A DNA stretch of 64,000 nucleotides from Lobosporangium transversale. Lineage: Eukaryota. The stretch spans positions 620,001-684,000 of the forward strand of contig NW_019028993.1 of NCBI RefSeq assembly GCF_002105155.1. The letters are read 5' to 3'. A program made the position numbers and the translations under genes. The notes beneath the pieces are model-generated. The model saw nothing but the letters and a program-made list of their open reading frames with translations. It was not told the origin of the DNA and made no database searches. Positions 11,771 through 23,984 of the stretch are shown one piece after another. Position 1 is the stretch's first letter. Each line of letters starts with the position of its first letter.

Positions 11771-12964
11771 TTATATAGACGAAGTAGATGAAGACATTAT
11801 TATCGGTTCATGTGGATTATGTTGAATCCTTGGAGGCATTAAATTAGGATTCATCTCTGGGTATTGACTTGACTTTCTTGGGGGAGAATCTTTAGTCGGA
11901 GAAGACGAGGAATGCAATGATGTCTCAGGTACGTGGTTGATAGGAATAGCAATCTCATGTGGACTACGCTCCTGAGATTTTAATACGTTCCCTTCTAACG
12001 TGCCTACACTTGTAGAAATCGATGTCGCTGTTTCTATTGCTGTTGTTGGCGAGACAGAGCTATTGTAGGAGCTGGAGTTGAAGTTTGGGTTGGAGTAAGG
12101 CCTATACATCCCTGCTGATATCATTGTCGACCCATTTCCGAACCGTGGTTCCGGTAGTGATAAGACACCCTTACTCGTATTGTCATCATCCTGTGGATAC
12201 TGATGTTGATATTGATGTTGATGGTTGAACCTTAATTCAGCTTCGGGCGCAGATCCGGATTCGGGAACAATTTCAATCATGCAATCTCCTTTTGCTTCAT
12301 TTGCTAAACGTTTAGCATCATCATCACCATCGTCATCATTATCCAGATTGCCCTTGACCTCTTCGACCTCATCTCTCAATGTTGTGACATAACCTGGGCA
12401 AGGATGGCTTGAAAATTGAAGTTTCTGTAGATCCGACTGAAATGATGGCACACTTGTACTTGAAGGCGTTACGTTCGTAGTGGCCAACAGAGGAGGCGGA
12501 GGAGCTGATGGTACTACCATTGTTGCTGTAGAATGGGGACTTGGAATAGGAGGGATAATGGGTGATGTAGAAGAGGATGATGGAGATGTTGGGTTATATG
12601 CTGGGTTATATGCTGGGTTATATGGTAAGGAAACAGGGTCTGGAATCGGAGGTTGAAGAGACCGGACTGGTTGTAATGGATAGTGATTGAGATGTTGCTG
12701 GGGTGGTGAGGGTGATGGCTCAAGTGTATGGGTGCTGTGAGTGGGTGGTAACGGACGAACTGAGAGTGCCACTGTCCCATCTGGCCGTCTTTCCGATGAA
12801 AACGTTCCCTGTGGCTCTTGAGCATGGATCAGATTAGTAGCATCCATCAGTTTCTGGGTCTGTCGATTTGTAACCTTTTTGTGGAAAAAGAGAAAGTAGA
12901 TCAATAATCCGACCCCAGCCAGCGAACCAAAGACGATCCCAACTATCGTTCCAGCGCTTGACAT
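11771..12964 (-). CDS. Single-pass membrane protein with a Pro/Ser-rich tail
   Basis: N-terminal hydrophobic helix (IVGIVFGSLAGVGLLIYFLFF) followed by HKK; 397-aa ORF. An upstream exon is possible because 'cag' precedes the ATG region. Confidence 0.65.
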   Translation of the reverse strand: MSSAGTIVGIVFGSLAGVGLLIYFLFFHKKVTNRQTQKLMDATNLIHAQEPQGTFSSERRPDGTVALSVRPLPPTHSTHTLEPSPSPPQQHLNHYPLQPVRSLQPPIPDPVSLPYNPAYNPAYNPTSPSSSSTSPIIPPIPSPHSTATMVVPSAPPPPLLATTNVTPSSTSVPSFQSDLQKLQFSSHPCPGYVTTLRDEVEEVKGNLDNDDDGDDDAKRLANEAKGDCMIEIVPESGSAPEAELRFNHQHQYQHQYPQDDDNTSKGVLSLPEPRFGNGSTMISAGMYRPYSNPNFNSSSYNSSVSPTTAIETATSISTSVGTLEGNVLKSQERSPHEIAIPINHVPETSLHSSSSPTKDSPPRKSSQYPEMNPNLMPPRIQHNPHEPIIMSSSTSSI

Positions 12965-13678
12965 CTCTGCAAAATATAAAAGTGATTCCTTTTTTTGCTT
13001 TGCTTTGCTTTGCTTTGCTTTGCTTTGCTTTTTTTTTTTTTTTTTTTGCTTTGGTCGTGTAAAATTATTCCAGCTGATCGTATTTTAAGGAAAGGCGTTA
13101 AATCTTCCGAAATCGAAAGTGACACATGCACACATTGGCTAACTGTAATGCTGTTTGTCGATTAGTTTGTAATTGCTGTTTATAAGGCTGATGCTAATTT
13201 CCCAACAATGTTATAAATGTACTCAAGTGGAAGAAAAATGATGAACAAGTAGGGGAAGGAGGTTCTTTGATTCTTTGACTGGGAAAGAAAAAAAGCTAGT
13301 GCATGAATAAACTCTAGATAGTTGGCGTATTAGCTCCTTTATATTTCTTTTTTCGATTTTACAGTTTGTTTCTGCCGTTGCGTTGTATTGCGGCGTTGCT
13401 TATTTGCTATTAACGAAACAGGCGCAGTAAAAAAAAAAAAATTGGGCTTTTGTGCGATCGAAAAAAAAAGGTTTTTTTATATATGAGCACAGCCAGCTTA
13501 AACTTTTAAGTCAACATCTAATATATAATTTTATTCACATTTCCGCGGAAGCAGAAATTGCTGCAATGTGCGACTCGTAAAAAAAAAAATAAAAAAAAAA
13601 TAGAAAAATAAAAGAATGATAGTGTAGTGAGTGGGAAGACAAAAAAAAAAAGATAATAATAAAAATGAAAAAGTATCC

Positions 13679-13721
<43 letters not shown>

Positions 13722-13722
13722 T

Positions 13723-15925
13723 TTAAGCAGAATCGTCAGTGATAAGCTTAGTGACCTTTCCAATAGCAATAGTCTTGCCCTCATCACGGAGAGTGAAGCG
13801 ACCCATACGGGGTGAATCTGTAAAAGTCTCCATGCAGAGCGGTCCTGTGGTCTCAATCATGACAATACCCTGTTGACCTTTCTTCAAAAACTGTGGAGGC
13901 TTCTTGGATTTGCGACCAGTCTTCTTATCAATCAAGTGCATCATGGCCGACAGTGTGATCTCCTCAATGGCATTATGGATGTGTAACACTGCGGTGTAAC
14001 CAGCACAAATAATGTTCTTGTGATCCAAGATTCCTAATTGCGCCTCGAACTTAGAAACAGCATGGACTGGGTTCTTGGGACTGCACAGCACGAAACCAAT
14101 CATAATATCCTAGACAATAAAAAAAAAAAAAAAAAAAAAAAAAGTCCCATAATTTGAATTAGCTTGGTGTAGTAAAAAAAAAAAAAAAAAGTCGAAACCA
14201 TCATTGTCTATGCCTAAACAGCTTACCTCCTCTTCAATATTACGGAGACGGAGGCGAATGTTGTCACCAACGGCTGCTGCTGGAATCTCCTCCTCAAGTT
14301 CGTTGAATATAGCTTGGACTTCAACTTTGGAACCATTGGGCATCATCAAAAGATTGGCACCCTTCTTGAGAGAACCAGACTCGATCTTTCCAACAACGAC
14401 TGTTCCCATATCCTTGTACTTTTCACTGATAGGCATGCGAAGAGGTGCACTAAAATTGCGATCTGCAAGTTTGAGTGAATCCAAATAGCCCAAAAGAGAG
14501 GGTCCTTTGTACCAATCACAGATGGAAGCGTCCAAATCCGCCTTAATGTTGGCTCCTGTGAATCCAGAGACAGGCATGAACATAACATCTGTTTTCATGT
14601 TGAAGCCGCTACCCTTCAAGAAGGGTGTCAATTTGCTAACACATTCATCATATCTTTCCTTTGACCAGGAAACGGTAGGGTCATCCATCTTGTTGATAAC
14701 CACTACCAGTTTGTTGACACCACCGCTCTTGGCCAATTGAGCATGTTCACGAGTCTGCCCACCGTTTTCGAAACCAGTCTCAAACTCTCCTTTACGGGCT
14801 GAAATGACCAATACGGCGCAATCAGCCTGTGCAGCACCTCCGATCATGCTAGGCACATAAGTTTTATGTCCAGGAGCGTCCAAAATGGTATAGCGGCGGG
14901 TATCGGTCTCGAAGTATGCACGTCCACACTCGACGGTCTTGCCCTGTTTTTTCATAACAGTAATAAAAAAAAAAAAAAAAAATTAAATAAGAAACTGCCC
15001 ACATAAAAAACAGCCTTCCATGAAATCCTAAGTAGCGTTTACAATATTATATGACGAATAATGGATCCCATCATACCTTAGCACGCTCTTCAGCGTTAGT
15101 ATCCAAAGCCCAGGACAAGTACCAAGAATCACGCCCAGCCTCCTTGGCATCTTTCTCATACTTTTCTAAGGTCCTCTTATCAATCATTCCAGTTGCCTCC
15201 CTAAAAAATAAGGGAAAAAAAAAAAAAAAAAAAAAAAAAGATTATTAATCACAAGCTCTACTATAAGCTTATCAGGAAACAGAAGAATTCGTTTTTTTTT
15301 TCTTAAAATCTTGTCCTTACAAGATACGACCCCCCATGGTAGACTTTCCAGCATCAACGTGGCCGATAAAGATGACGTTAACGTGCTCTTTTCCAAAAAA
15401 CTCAGTCAAGGTTTCTTGATCAACAGCATCTTCTTCCTCCTCAACAGGAGCAGGAGGGGCTGCAGCAGGAGCCTTAGGGGCAGCCTCGACTTTCTTCTTG
15501 GGGGCCTCAGCTGTGGGGGCCTTGGGTGCAGGGGAAGCAGGCTTTGCTACTGGTGCTGCGGCTGCGGCTGCTGCTGCGGCAGGAACAGGCTTAGGAGCAG
15601 CAGGTGTGGTGTCAACAGTCTTGTTCAAAACAGCAGCTGGAGGAGGGCGGTTGAAGTCGAGGGTAGCTGCTGTGGGAGCAGGGGCGGAGTCAGAGGAGGA
15701 TGTTTCGACAGTTTTGTTAAGTACAGCAGCAGGAGGAGGACGGTTGAAGTCAATGCCTGAAGAGGTTGGAGGTGCAGGTGGAGCCTCAGCAGCAGGTTGA
15801 GGCATCCATGAAGGCACAAAAGGCTTTGCGGCAGCACGGGGAATAAATGTGCCAGCATTAGGATTGAGAGACAATCCTGAAAGCGTTGTGGTAGGGGGAG
15901 CGGTGTTGTCGTTCTGCTCGCTCAT
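13723..15925 (-). CDS. SUP35: Eukaryotic peptide chain release factor 3 (eRF3)
   Basis: GHVDAGKST, YLSWALDT, GKTVECGRAYFET, DAPGHK, NKMD and GRFTLRDEGKTIAIGK. Three GT-AG introns. PAM2-like motifs in the N-terminus. Confidence 0.97.
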
Positions 15926-16739
15926 GGTTGATCGTCTTTAAAGTGAAATTAGAGATGAAGAAGAGCCTAACAGATCAACCTCTGCCCGCTTTGATCGATT
16001 CGTCAAGCATTTTTTTTTTCAATTTCTAGTGGCGTGTGTGACGGGGGAAGCAGATTTGTAGTAAGCACGATTCAAGAACCTTCTAGACGTAATTGTATCT
16101 TAAATCCCAGGGCGAGGGTGCTCCACGTGGAAGTAGTCTAGTTATTTCTGACTTGACTTCAAACCCTGAAGCAGTCCAGAAGACCCTGTGACATGAAAGA
16201 ACCTCACGGCTAACAAATTTTTTTCTTTGAATCGCTTTTTAATTTGGTGGCTGATTGTCTGAAATGAGGGTATTCTATCCAATTTAAAATTTTGAAATAT
16301 ATTAGTCAACGACTTCTGGCTGTGCACCGCTAGTGAACCAGACCTAATGGAACTTCTCAAGAAGGAGGGAAAGAGAGATCCCTTTTACATTTCCGGGGCA
16401 CAGTCACTTTCTTTCCTAATCCTTTACCATAATATGAGGATTTGAAATAATAGAGACAAGAATGAAAATGAGCCTATACAGTTATACTGAAATGCCTTTT
16501 TATTATTTTTACCTAATGGAGCTTATTTGTTTGAGACAGTGACAGCAAAGCGGTGTGTAAACTCAAAAAAAAGGACCAATGCTGTGCTTTTTTTCTGTTG
16601 ATGACTTTGGTTTAATGACTACATACATGTTAATATTAAAGGTATCATCGACTCCAAGGACAGTGTGTTGCATCCCTCTATTTCAAAATTGAAATCGACA
16701 ACCACCATTCTTACCAATACATTGGTAAATCCCAGGTGT

Positions 16740-17110
16740 TTCAAATATTCTATGTTGTTCAATGTCATCAATGCATCAATGCCAGACCATACACACTTGC
16801 AAAGCCCAAGCGCATAGACCACCTGTCCGAAGAAGCTGTTTGAAGCATTGGATAAGGATTGCATGTTCCATCCTGTTCCATTCAAGTTCTGCCTCAAGTG
16901 CATGGCTGCGGACAGGTCCGGCATGCCGTCACCCAAATATTCAAGCCGCCCAAACTGGAGCGACTTGAGGGGTAAGGCATGCTTGAGAAATGCCTTGCCT
17001 CTGAAGCTACACATGGTAACGGATTTGACTTCCTCAATGTCTTTGTCGCGAAATGGTTCCGACTGAGGTTTGGAACATAAGGAAGTAGACAGAAGCTTCC
17101 TGCGAAGGTC
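16740..17110 (-). pseudogene. RNase III-domain gene fragment
   Basis: FGRLEYLGDGMPDL...SNASNSFFGQVVYALGL matches the RNase III signature ERLEFLGDAVL...N..LA..A..LGL. No ATG-initiated complete gene; apparent frameshift. Confidence 0.55.
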
Positions 17111-18329
17111 ACCTCCTTATCTATCGACAGGTGAGAGCTCCGCGCCTAATCAGTACTTAATAATCATACAGGGCTAACGCGCGGTTTCGTAGATGTGACC
17201 ATGGCCAGAGTTATTAAGAACTTCTTTTTTTTTCTCTTTTCATCCCAAATGAGGAATGCGCCGCTAGAAACCCCCATGCGCTGAGCTCCCAGTCCATCAC
17301 CCTTGTTAAAGCCATTATTTACCCGCGCCCTAATAAAAGGGTACCCTAGTGTTTGTCCTTGTCACATCATACAGAAACTACCGGGGCTGAAAATTTTCTG
17401 TGCGGTGGTGCAAGATCCACAGGCTGATTTTATCATACTATACTTTACTCCACATTAGGCCATTTCCTTGCTTTGGTAGCGCGTGTATTTTACTGCTGCC
17501 TCAGTGATAGTTTGATAGCTAATGCTTTTTATTATTATTATTTATTTATATCCTGGTTTTTGCTTTCGTTTTTCGTATTTGCTCAAGTATTAGTTCCTAC
17601 TCACAACGCTCAGTATTAACTATCAGCGTTTTTATAATATAATCTAGCACTACTCCCGGAGTTGATCCACGGCGACGGCCTGTACCAAATCATGATTGCA
17701 GAAACTTTGAATCGATACCGACTCACATGGTTAGATGAGAAACCTTTTGATGTGCATCCTTTAGACTGAAAGATTTGTAGAACGATTTGTTCAGTTATTC
17801 CAGATACTGAGCCCATGTAAAAACACGTAAAGGTTTAAGCTGGAAACCATTACCATCCAAGCATATAAGCATTCGGTGAATCCATTTTTTTATTCGGAAC
17901 TCTCTGCATGATACGAATACTATATTGAGGAGTTGAAGATAGATAGCATATGGGTAATATAGGTTCTAAACGCGTCGTTTAATGTCTTTTGTCTTTGAAT
18001 ATTAGATTGATGAAGCGCGTTCCCAGCCATTGAAGTTGTTGCGCATACGATCTATAAACCGATGGAAGCCCGTTTAACCCTACACTATGAAACACATAAT
18101 TATATTGGGGACACATGCTATTACGGCATAATAAAATATTGAATTTTATCAATAACATGGCTATGCTGGGTTTGGTTTTATGTTCGGAAGATATATACGT
18201 TAGATTTTATCTCTCCCATTATTATTGTTCATCATTACTCTCTAGAATGTGCAAAAAAGCAAATGCTGAATATATGTTCGTTATTCAGTCAATACTTTGA
18301 AATCATAAATTGGTTTCACTTACTCTCTT

Positions 18330-18780
18330 CCCTGAGCGATTTCGAAAATCACTCATCATCCATCCTTTCCCAGGGGAGACGAAGGGTGTTTATGAAGGAA
18401 AAATAAAAATTCTCGATATTTCCATGTTTGAAGAAGGAATATATTATACTTCGTTTTTCTTTTTGTGTTATCAATTTGGTGTTTTATAGCGACGCAATGG
18501 AAGCTGAGTATCCTGCTGCCAATTTATGCGGAACGGCACCAACCCACAGACAGATGTTGTCGTCCAGCTGAAGGTCGCTCTTCATGTACTTGCCTAAACT
18601 GGGTCCCATGCTTCAAATGAAGCCTTGTCTCACATTTTATGCGTTACCGTTGGGTCTGTGGTAAAATATTACCGAAGATGCATTATGGCCTTATGCTCCA
18701 AGACCACAATGTTCGTATCTTGGCCAGACAGGGAAGAAAGGTCAAAGATTAAGTCACATTTTCAGGTCTCACTGTTACCA
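18330..18780 (+). pseudogene. PIF/Harbinger transposase remnant
   Basis: QLKVALHVLA*...VTVGSVVKYYRRCIMALCSKTTMFVSWPDREERSKIKSHF resembles the HTH/WP..EER region of Harbinger transposases. Contains stops and frameshifts. Confidence 0.6.
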
Positions 18781-19805
18781 TTGATTCTTGCTTGGAACTT
18801 GGCAACATCTACCTCAATGAGCAAGAAAGGAATAGAAAAGGGTCTCAACTTACCTCGAGAACCTGGTAATTATAGCATCGAGTAAAGAACGAGCACCTTG
18901 AGCACCTTGATGGCCTTGGGATCTTGAGTACCTTGAGTACCTTGAGCATCTTAATTGACTTGGATGCTCTAGCTTCTCGAGACTCTAGCATTTAAGCTAA
19001 CGGCAGTTGGCGACCTTGAGTATTTTATTTTGACTCGAAGCTTTCCTATGCTCTATATCCAATGTCCCATGTCATTTGTCCTAATGTCATTTGCCTTAAT
19101 GTCATTTGAACTATATCCTGTGCACTATGGTCAGAAAAGAGTACGCCAGACGACGTAGCGTCAGTCGTTGTTGCAGAATCGCCCATTCACTCGTTGAATC
19201 CTGCTCAAATGAACTATTTAACAAACAATAGTCAACCAAAATCTTTATGTCTTCAAAGCAGCTCATCATTCGCTTCTGTATTCGAAAAAGATGGCTGCGA
19301 GGAAGCTTTGCTCTAGGAGATAAAAGAAAGGTGTACATCAGCAGGACGAGCTAATGCTTTGTTGAATAAAGAGATTTTTTTTGAAAAAATAAAGAAATAA
19401 TTATTACCAAAAGTTATAAAGAGTGTCAGACTCTTCGCCTGTCTGCAGATAAGCAAACAGCCCAGGGCGCACCACGAGGAGGTGGTCTGACTATCGCGTC
19501 CTGCTGGCCCCGCAACTCTCTGACAATCCGCCGACCAATCATCAACGAGTACAAACAATCAGCCTTGTTGAAGCGCTGGAGCAACATTTTCGCCCGATTC
19601 GCACCTGTGGTGGACCAGAACTACTGGCTGATGCAACGCCGCGGGGAGACGCACCAGGCACATAAAAGTGACTGAGTGAGGTGCAAGCTTGGTGGGGGAA
19701 AAGAGAGGTATTTATACATCCAATCTTTTTTTTTCATGAGAAACTATGGAGACAATGATGGAACTTGGCAATGGGATTTTTGCTGTCAACAGTGCAAGGT
19801 TTTTG

Positions 19806-19839
<34 letters not shown>

Positions 19840-20074
19840 AAAATGACAGCATCAACATTAAGGAAGGATCCAAATCGCCAAACCGTCGTTCGTCAAATGA
19901 GGTTTGCTTTTATTTGATGGACGCGTCTCTGAAATCGTGAATCGGACCAATAGTTTTTTTTTTTTTTTTTTTCATTACGCCAGGTTGAAATAGCCGACGT
20001 ATTTTTGCATAGTTATTGGAATTCATTCGACAGAACTTTTCGCAGCTGGTGACTTACCTTTTTTTTGACATACA

Positions 20075-20414
20075 AAATATACCTCACGTCGGTTTTTGCA
20101 AAAGTAAAAAATCGGTAAGTTACTTACGGGTTTCTTACCTCTGTATACCTCTGCGATACCGATTTCTTACCTCTGCGATACCGCTTTCTTACCTCTGCAA
20201 AAAGTTTACTCCAAAAATGGATAACAGCTTCTTCTTATTTGCATGTATATGCTGGGTCCCTATATATGCATAACTTGCGCTTGGTTCTTATATACATATA
20301 TATATATACTTACTGATTTTTACTCGAAATATACCGATGTTTAAGTAAATAATAAGTAAAAATTTACTGAAAAACTTCAAGTACGAATGTTCAGTACATC
20401 AGTACAGGTCACTG
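20075..20414. mobile_element. hAT-family MITE/terminal fragment (same family as 27389-28704)
   Basis: ~20088-20295 is near-identical to 27465-27665 (TTTCTTACCTCTGCGATACCG subterminal repeats). Ends in GTACATCAGTACAGGTCACTG, similar to the hAT right terminus GTACATCAGTACGAAACACTG. Confidence 0.75.
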
Positions 20415-20443
20415 CATTCATCTTGTTGGTTTTGTTCAACTAG

Positions 20444-22175
20444 AATTGAACCCCCGCGTATTGCATATTATCCTGATAAGATCCTAGATGTCATTACAAA
20501 GATACCGGACCCCAGCAACAACAACGCCCTCACCTATTGGTCAACATTGAAAAAGTCGGAAAACCAGGCCACCTCTGAGGATCCCCTTTTGTCTCTCTCG
20601 AGCCTGGCTCAATCTTTCCACAACGAACAAAGCGAGACGATCAAGTCTAACCTTGAACAGATTAAGGAATTGTTGATAAAGGCTGAAGACAAAGGCGACC
20701 AGATGCTTAAGCTGCAACTGGAGGCTAAGGAAAAGGATGAACTGATTATTAGTTTGCAACATCAAGCCCTCGACAGACTTGCTATCCTTCAAAAGCATGC
20801 TGAAGCTATCCTTGTCCAGAACTTTGAGCTACACGAGTATCCAATCCCTCGATTGTTTATAATTTTCCCCGTCGACCACACCAAATGGAATCCAATGAAT
20901 GTCTTGGGGAACAAGTTTCGTCTCCATTTCCTCTGTGAATGCGGGAACTATACCATCTTGGCAAGCAAGAGCAATCAGAACCAAATCCATATCGCCAAAC
21001 ATGACGGGCATGAAATCCGAGACAGCACTGAGTTCTTTCGCAAATATGGAAAGCACATGCTTATCCTTTTACAATGGCTCAGATTGGGAATGCTCTCCGC
21101 TGCTTCCCTGGTACCAGCCTCGCCTTTTATCGATGCTGGTATCAATTATTCAATTGACTATATAAAAGCCCTCTCTGTTGAGTATCCTGTCCTGAACAAC
21201 ATCAATACGATTGATGACTATGAGGGACTTGAAGGAGCTGACCTCCAGCAGTTGAGCACCTTCCTTCGAAGTAACGACGAAGACAGGAAACTTGGCAACT
21301 TGTACAGGATCACAACCGAGGCAGGTCATGTCAATTGGGTTTGCTCGGAACACTATCGTTTGACATATAAAGAAAAAGAGCAGAAAGCGTTTGCAAATGC
21401 TGTGGAGATGAATGGTGGGAAATATGATCAGCAACTTGGTAAAGCGGTCATCACATTGGGATCCAGAACGAGAGCTGAGGAATTCTTCGATGCCCTAGCC
21501 AATGCAAGGCGTATTTATGACTTGGATATCACATTCGCCTGAGATTGCTCCAAGGCTGATCTCGAAGCATTTAAAGATGTCTTGAAGATGTCAAGTGTAT
21601 CAACTCTTCGACTTGATATGGAACAGTTCCAAGAAAGCGTTGGCAGGAAATTGCTTTTATTATCTACGCGATATGAAATTCTTGTTCGCATCATTGAGCT
21701 TCGCAATTTGAAAACGATTCACATCGTTCTATCCAAGGATTTCGTAAGACTTGACTATTTACAACCTAGGAGATCAGACCTTTACAGGTTATCTTTTGAG
21801 ATGAAATCTCACTCAATTGGGTCTAGTAGGTTTCGAGTACTTGTAAATTCACTCAAGACCAACACGACTTTGACCGCTTTGGATTTGAAGTCTAATCCGA
21901 TTGAAAAGGAAGGGATTATGGCGGTAGCGGAGGCATTTAAGATCAACACGGGTTTGACCACTTTGAAATTGCAACTCTTCGGTATTGAGGATATAGGAGC
22001 TCCAGCACTGTCAGAGGCACTAAAGATTAACAGGACTTTGACCCATCTGGACTTGGGTTTCATCAGCTTAGATAAAAAGAAAAAGGTCATGTCACTGTTA
22101 GAGGCAGTCAAGGTTAACAGGACTTTGGCTATTGATGTAGATGATCAATTAGGAAAGCTTAGCTTTGGTTTATAA
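20444..22175 (+). pseudogene. Mortierellaceae-type coiled-coil + RNI-like LRR protein with an in-frame TGA and no visible first exon
   Basis: Exon starts after an AG at 20443 (IEPPRIAYYPDKILDVI), includes AILVQNFELHEYPIPRLFI, and ends with LRRs (LKTNTTLTALDL, LKINRTLTHLDL). A single TGA at 21540-21542 separates two ORFs in the same frame. Confidence 0.75.
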
Positions 22176-22202
22176 AACTGTGTTGATGAATGAGGTTTTA
22201 GA

Positions 22203-22242
<40 letters not shown>

Positions 22243-22399
22243 ATCTACATCCTATTAGTAATATATTTTATTTTTAATATAGCATGATATGGTTGACAGA
22301 GGTAAGGTCTACAAAAAAAAAATAAAAATAAATGGTAGATGGAGAGAGAGGGGGGAGAGGTCGGCTACTACAAAAGGAGAAGGGTGTCTATTTTGACTT

Positions 22400-22778
22400 T
22401 TAAACGTTGTTCTCAGTGCCGGGCTTCTCGCCGTGACCGCTGCGCCACTGGTCAAGACGACGCTCCTCCTCCAAGTGATCCTCCCACTCGCGTCCGCTGA
22501 CCCATTTGGAAAGGACGAGGGTGAAATAGAAGCCAAGGACCATGGCGATGGTGACCAAGGCAATGGAGATGGTAACAGCCTTCTCGCGACGTTCATTGCA
22601 CATCGCCTCTGTCCAGTTCTTGTCCTTGTTGAGCTCAATGCAGCCCGCGTTCACCTTTTCGACGTGGTTATCCTCAACAGCGATGTAAACGACAGCCCAG
22701 CAGAGGAACATCAACAAGAAACCCCATGAGAAGGAAACATATTGGCGAAGGTGCCAGGTGGTGCCCTATATTTGTAGG

Positions 22779-22813
<35 letters not shown>

Positions 22814-23984
22814 TTTGGTTATGATTGAATGGATAGATAATATGAATACATATCAAAACAATCGTAATAATAGTGATAATAAAATAAAAAAGAGATATAC
22901 CTTGGCTGTGGCCCAGGTTCCGTAAATACCGGTGACAAAGAGAAGAATGCAAACAACGCCCCATGGGATGTAAAGATCGGTCTCAGCATGAGGCATAATC
23001 CCTAGAGAAAAAAAAAACGTGTTTAATGTTTTCGTTAGTGGGAAAAAAAAAGGTTTTCAATATCTTGAGGACATATTTAGAAATAGGGTTGTAAAAAGAG
23101 TTGGGTTTGTCGAATGTGTAACAGACATGTGTATACAGGAAAGAATTTCCGTCGGTAACGATAAACCCAGAAAAATGCAAAAAGGGCAGGGCAACCCTTC
23201 CTCCTCTCCACGTCTTTCTTCTGTCAGCGGAGAGTGGAGTGGAGAGAGTAAAATGTATGAGCCAAAAAAAAAAAAATTGCCCAGCGACAAATCAACAAGC
23301 GTCTTTTATAGTTTTTTTTTGTTTTGTCGAGATTTAAAATCAATGGATTTCGGAGTAAAGCTGGCACCTTAGGGCAAATCAATGTGAAGGAAGGAGGGAG
23401 AAAAGCCTCTCTCCATACCTCCCTTCCCTATTTTATTATGCACCATGTGTGATTATACAGCAAACTGTCCAGGAATGAAATACTGGACATGTTAAGATTA
23501 TCGAGTCTCAAAAGGAGAGAACACAGAAGTATTTAAAAAGAAAAGAAAGATCCATGAAGAGGAGATAATGAAAATGCAAGATTGATTAAGACAGTCAAGG
23601 AGGATGGGAGAGTAAAGATGAATGATGGATTTATCAAGATGGCATGTACTGAGCAAGTCCCTTATTTTTCAATCAAAGTCGATCAAATAATCCATGCTAT
23701 GCATGCATTATTATTTTTTTTCTTTCTCATAAGCCATGCTCTTGCCTTGAAACAGCAAGGTATTTCTCCATGGGTATAGATAGAACAAGGAGTAAGGACG
23801 CTTGTGTGGGGACGGAATTGTTGGGTGATGGATAGAATGCAGGTGTGAGTAAATAGAGGAAGGACTTACAGCGACCAAAGCTCAAGATGGCAAAGACAAG
23901 GCCGATGATGGTGTAGAGGACACCAAGGCCCATAGCACCGGCGGCGGGAGGAATGACGCCAAAGAATTTGTCAAAGAGACCCAT
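22400..23984 (-). CDS. Four-TM membrane protein (tetraspan-like), 3 exons
   Basis: Exons ~23984-23870, ~23001-22901 and ~22767-22400 splice to a protein with four hydrophobic segments and a C-x12-C loop between TM3 and TM4. GC-rich codon usage. Confidence 0.75.

Noticed and set aside
17140..17400. Possible structured ncRNA or MITE (imperfect IR GTTTCGTAGATGTGAC / GTCACATCATACAGAAAC)
   Set aside because: The IR is weak, with no TSD and no recognisable RNA-family boxes.
21540..21542. Functional link between the in-frame TGA and nearby SUP35 (programmed readthrough)
   Set aside because: Proximity has no mechanistic meaning; a nonsense mutation in a TE-disrupted gene is simpler.
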